From: Candidatus Saccharimonadota bacterium
Lineage (GTDB): Bacteria > Pseudomonadota > Gammaproteobacteria > Enterobacterales > Enterobacteriaceae
DNA length: 32,000 bases
NCBI RefSeq assembly: GCF_014857065.1
Contig: NZ_CP046533.1
Span: forward strand, 300,001-332,000
Direction: 5' to 3'
Shown: positions 30,283 to 32,000 of the stretch, piece by piece
Layout: each line of letters starts with the position of its first letter
Numbering within the stretch: position 1 is the first letter of the stretch
Translations under genes and position numbers: made by a program
The notes under the pieces: model-generated
Database searches by the model: none
Told to the model about the DNA's origin: nothing
The model's input: only the letters and a program-made list of their open reading frames with translations

Positions 30283-31683
30283 TTACATTATTTCACGAAT
30301 ATCGATAAAATGACCAGCAATTGCTGCTGCTGCTGCCATAACAGGACTAACCAAATGAGTACGACCACCACGACCTTGTCTACCTTCAAAATTGCGATTA
30401 CTAGTAGACGCACATCGTTCGCCATACTTAAGACGATCGTTATTCATACCTAAACACATCGAACAACCTGGTAAACGCCATTCAAAACCTGCATCTATAA
30501 AAATTTTATCTAAACCTTCAATTTCCGCCTGTTTTCTTACTGGATGAGAACCAGGTACAACAATTGCACTTACCCTATCAGATACTCGATGTCCGCAAAC
30601 TACAGATGCAGCAGCTCGTAAATCTTCAATACGAGAATTAGTACAAGATCCAATAAATACTTTATCAATTGATATATCAGTTAAAGAAGTATGTGGTTCT
30701 AAACCCATATAATTTAATGCCTGAATAGCAGAATTACGCTCTGTTAAGTTTTTAAATGATTCCAAAGACGGAATCAACTGATCAATCGCAATTACATGAC
30801 TAGGATTAGTACCCCAAGTAACTTGAGGAGCAATATTTGATACATCTACGTCAAAAATCTTGTCAAAATGCGCATTGACATCACTCACTAATGTTCTCCA
30901 ATATAATATTGCTTGCTGCCAAGCAGTACCTTTAGGTGCAAACTCACGACCATATAAATAATTATAAGTTATATCATCTGGAGCTATTAAACCAGATTTA
31001 GCTCCCATTTCAATTGCCATGTTACATAAGGTCATACGTCCTTCCATGCTTAACTTTCTAACAAAATCTCCACAAAACTCCACTACACAACCAGATCCAC
31101 CATATACCCCTATTTTACCAATAATTGATAATATAACATCCTTAGCTGTAATCCATGGCATTAAATTACCTGAAATATCTATTTTCATTGTTTTAGCCAA
31201 AACTTGAGAAAGAGTCTGGGTAACTAATACATGTTCTATTTCTGAAGTTCCTATTCCAAATGCTAATGCTCCAAAAGCACCATGAGTAGAAGTATGGGAA
31301 TCTCCACAAACAATAATCATGCCAGGTAATGTTATTCCTCGTTCAGGGCCAATGACATGCACTATACCTTGATAAGGATGATTGATATCGTACAAGGTGA
31401 TCTTAAATTCTTCACAATTCTTAATCAACTGTTGCAATTGAATTTTAGCCATATTACCAGAAGCTTTAAGATCTTTAATAAGGGTAGAAACATTATGATC
31501 CATAGTAGCAAATGTCTTATTAGGTTGGCGAACAATTCTATTTTCAGATCGTAACTTATCAAACGCTTGAGGTGAAGTAACTTCATGTATTAAATGACGA
31601 TCAATATACAATAATGAAGTACCATTCTCAAATTTATATACTATATGCGCATCATATAATTTTTGATATAAAGATTTTCCCAT
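30283..31683 (-). CDS. leuC: 3-isopropylmalate dehydratase large subunit
   Basis: 466 aa. [45 protein letters not shown] and Fe-S ligand region [11 protein letters not shown]...GCSMCLGMN. Confidence 0.97.
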   Translation of the reverse strand: MGKSLYQKLYDAHIVYKFENGTSLLYIDRHLIHEVTSPQAFDKLRSENRIVRQPNKTFATMDHNVSTLIKDLKASGNMAKIQLQQLIKNCEEFKITLYDINHPYQGIVHVIGPERGITLPGMIIVCGDSHTSTHGAFGALAFGIGTSEIEHVLVTQTLSQVLAKTMKIDISGNLMPWITAKDVILSIIGKIGVYGGSGCVVEFCGDFVRKLSMEGRMTLCNMAIEMGAKSGLIAPDDITYNYLYGREFAPKGTAWQQAILYWRTLVSDVNAHFDKIFDVDVSNIAPQVTWGTNPSHVIAIDQLIPSLESFKNLTERNSAIQALNYMGLEPHTSLTDISIDKVFIGSCTNSRIEDLRAAASVVCGHRVSDRVSAIVVPGSHPVRKQAEIEGLDKIFIDAGFEWRLPGCSMCLGMNNDRLKYGERCASTSNRNFEGRQGRGGRTHLVSPVMAAAAAIAGHFIDIREIM

Positions 31684-31701
31684 TTAATATAACTACCGCT
31701 A

Positions 31702-32000
<299 letters not shown>

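Noticed and set aside
31019-31554. 62- and 65-aa plus-strand ORFs inside leuC
   Set aside because: Shadow ORFs antisense to highly conserved leuC.

Overview
The window is an AT-rich core-genome segment (about 25-30% G+C by eye). It looks like a reduced gammaproteobacterial (Enterobacterales-derived) insect endosymbiont. A Blochmannia-like lineage is my best guess, because chromosomal leuBCD, lpxC and a nearly full dcw cluster with ftsQ and ftsL are kept, but I cannot confirm this without a database search. I count 25 protein-coding genes, 22 of them on the minus strand: mrcB (partial, missing from the supplied ORF track), dksA, folK, lpdA-aceF-aceE, coaE, secA, lpxC, ftsZ-ftsA-ftsQ, murC-murG-ftsW-murD-mraY-murF-murE-ftsI-ftsL-rsmH, and leuD-leuC-leuB (partial). 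All reading frames are intact. Three supplied ORFs (aceE, lpxC, ftsZ) carry spurious 5' extensions, which I trimmed using homology and Shine-Dalgarno position. I found no tRNA, rRNA, CRISPR array, IS or transposon, prophage, toxin-antitoxin or defence-type genes, and no unexplained long ORF. I therefore see no evidence of a new biological system here; this is housekeeping DNA. The points worth a second look concern genome architecture. (1) The leu operon is inverted relative to the E. coli map and sits head-to-tail on rsmH, with mraZ and its promoter region gone. (2) ddlB is missing cleanly from its canonical murC-ftsQ slot while murF is kept. (3) A 1.05 kb ORF-free, strongly A+C-skewed spacer lies upstream of aceE. 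(4) secM is lost from the lpxC-secA spacer. (5) FtsA has a 10-residue hydrophobic extension past its conserved membrane-targeting helix. (6) AceF has a single lipoyl domain. (7) Three in-frame sense-strand poly(A)10 tracts occur in coding sequence. All homology statements come from my own recall and alignment against E. coli proteins, not from a search.
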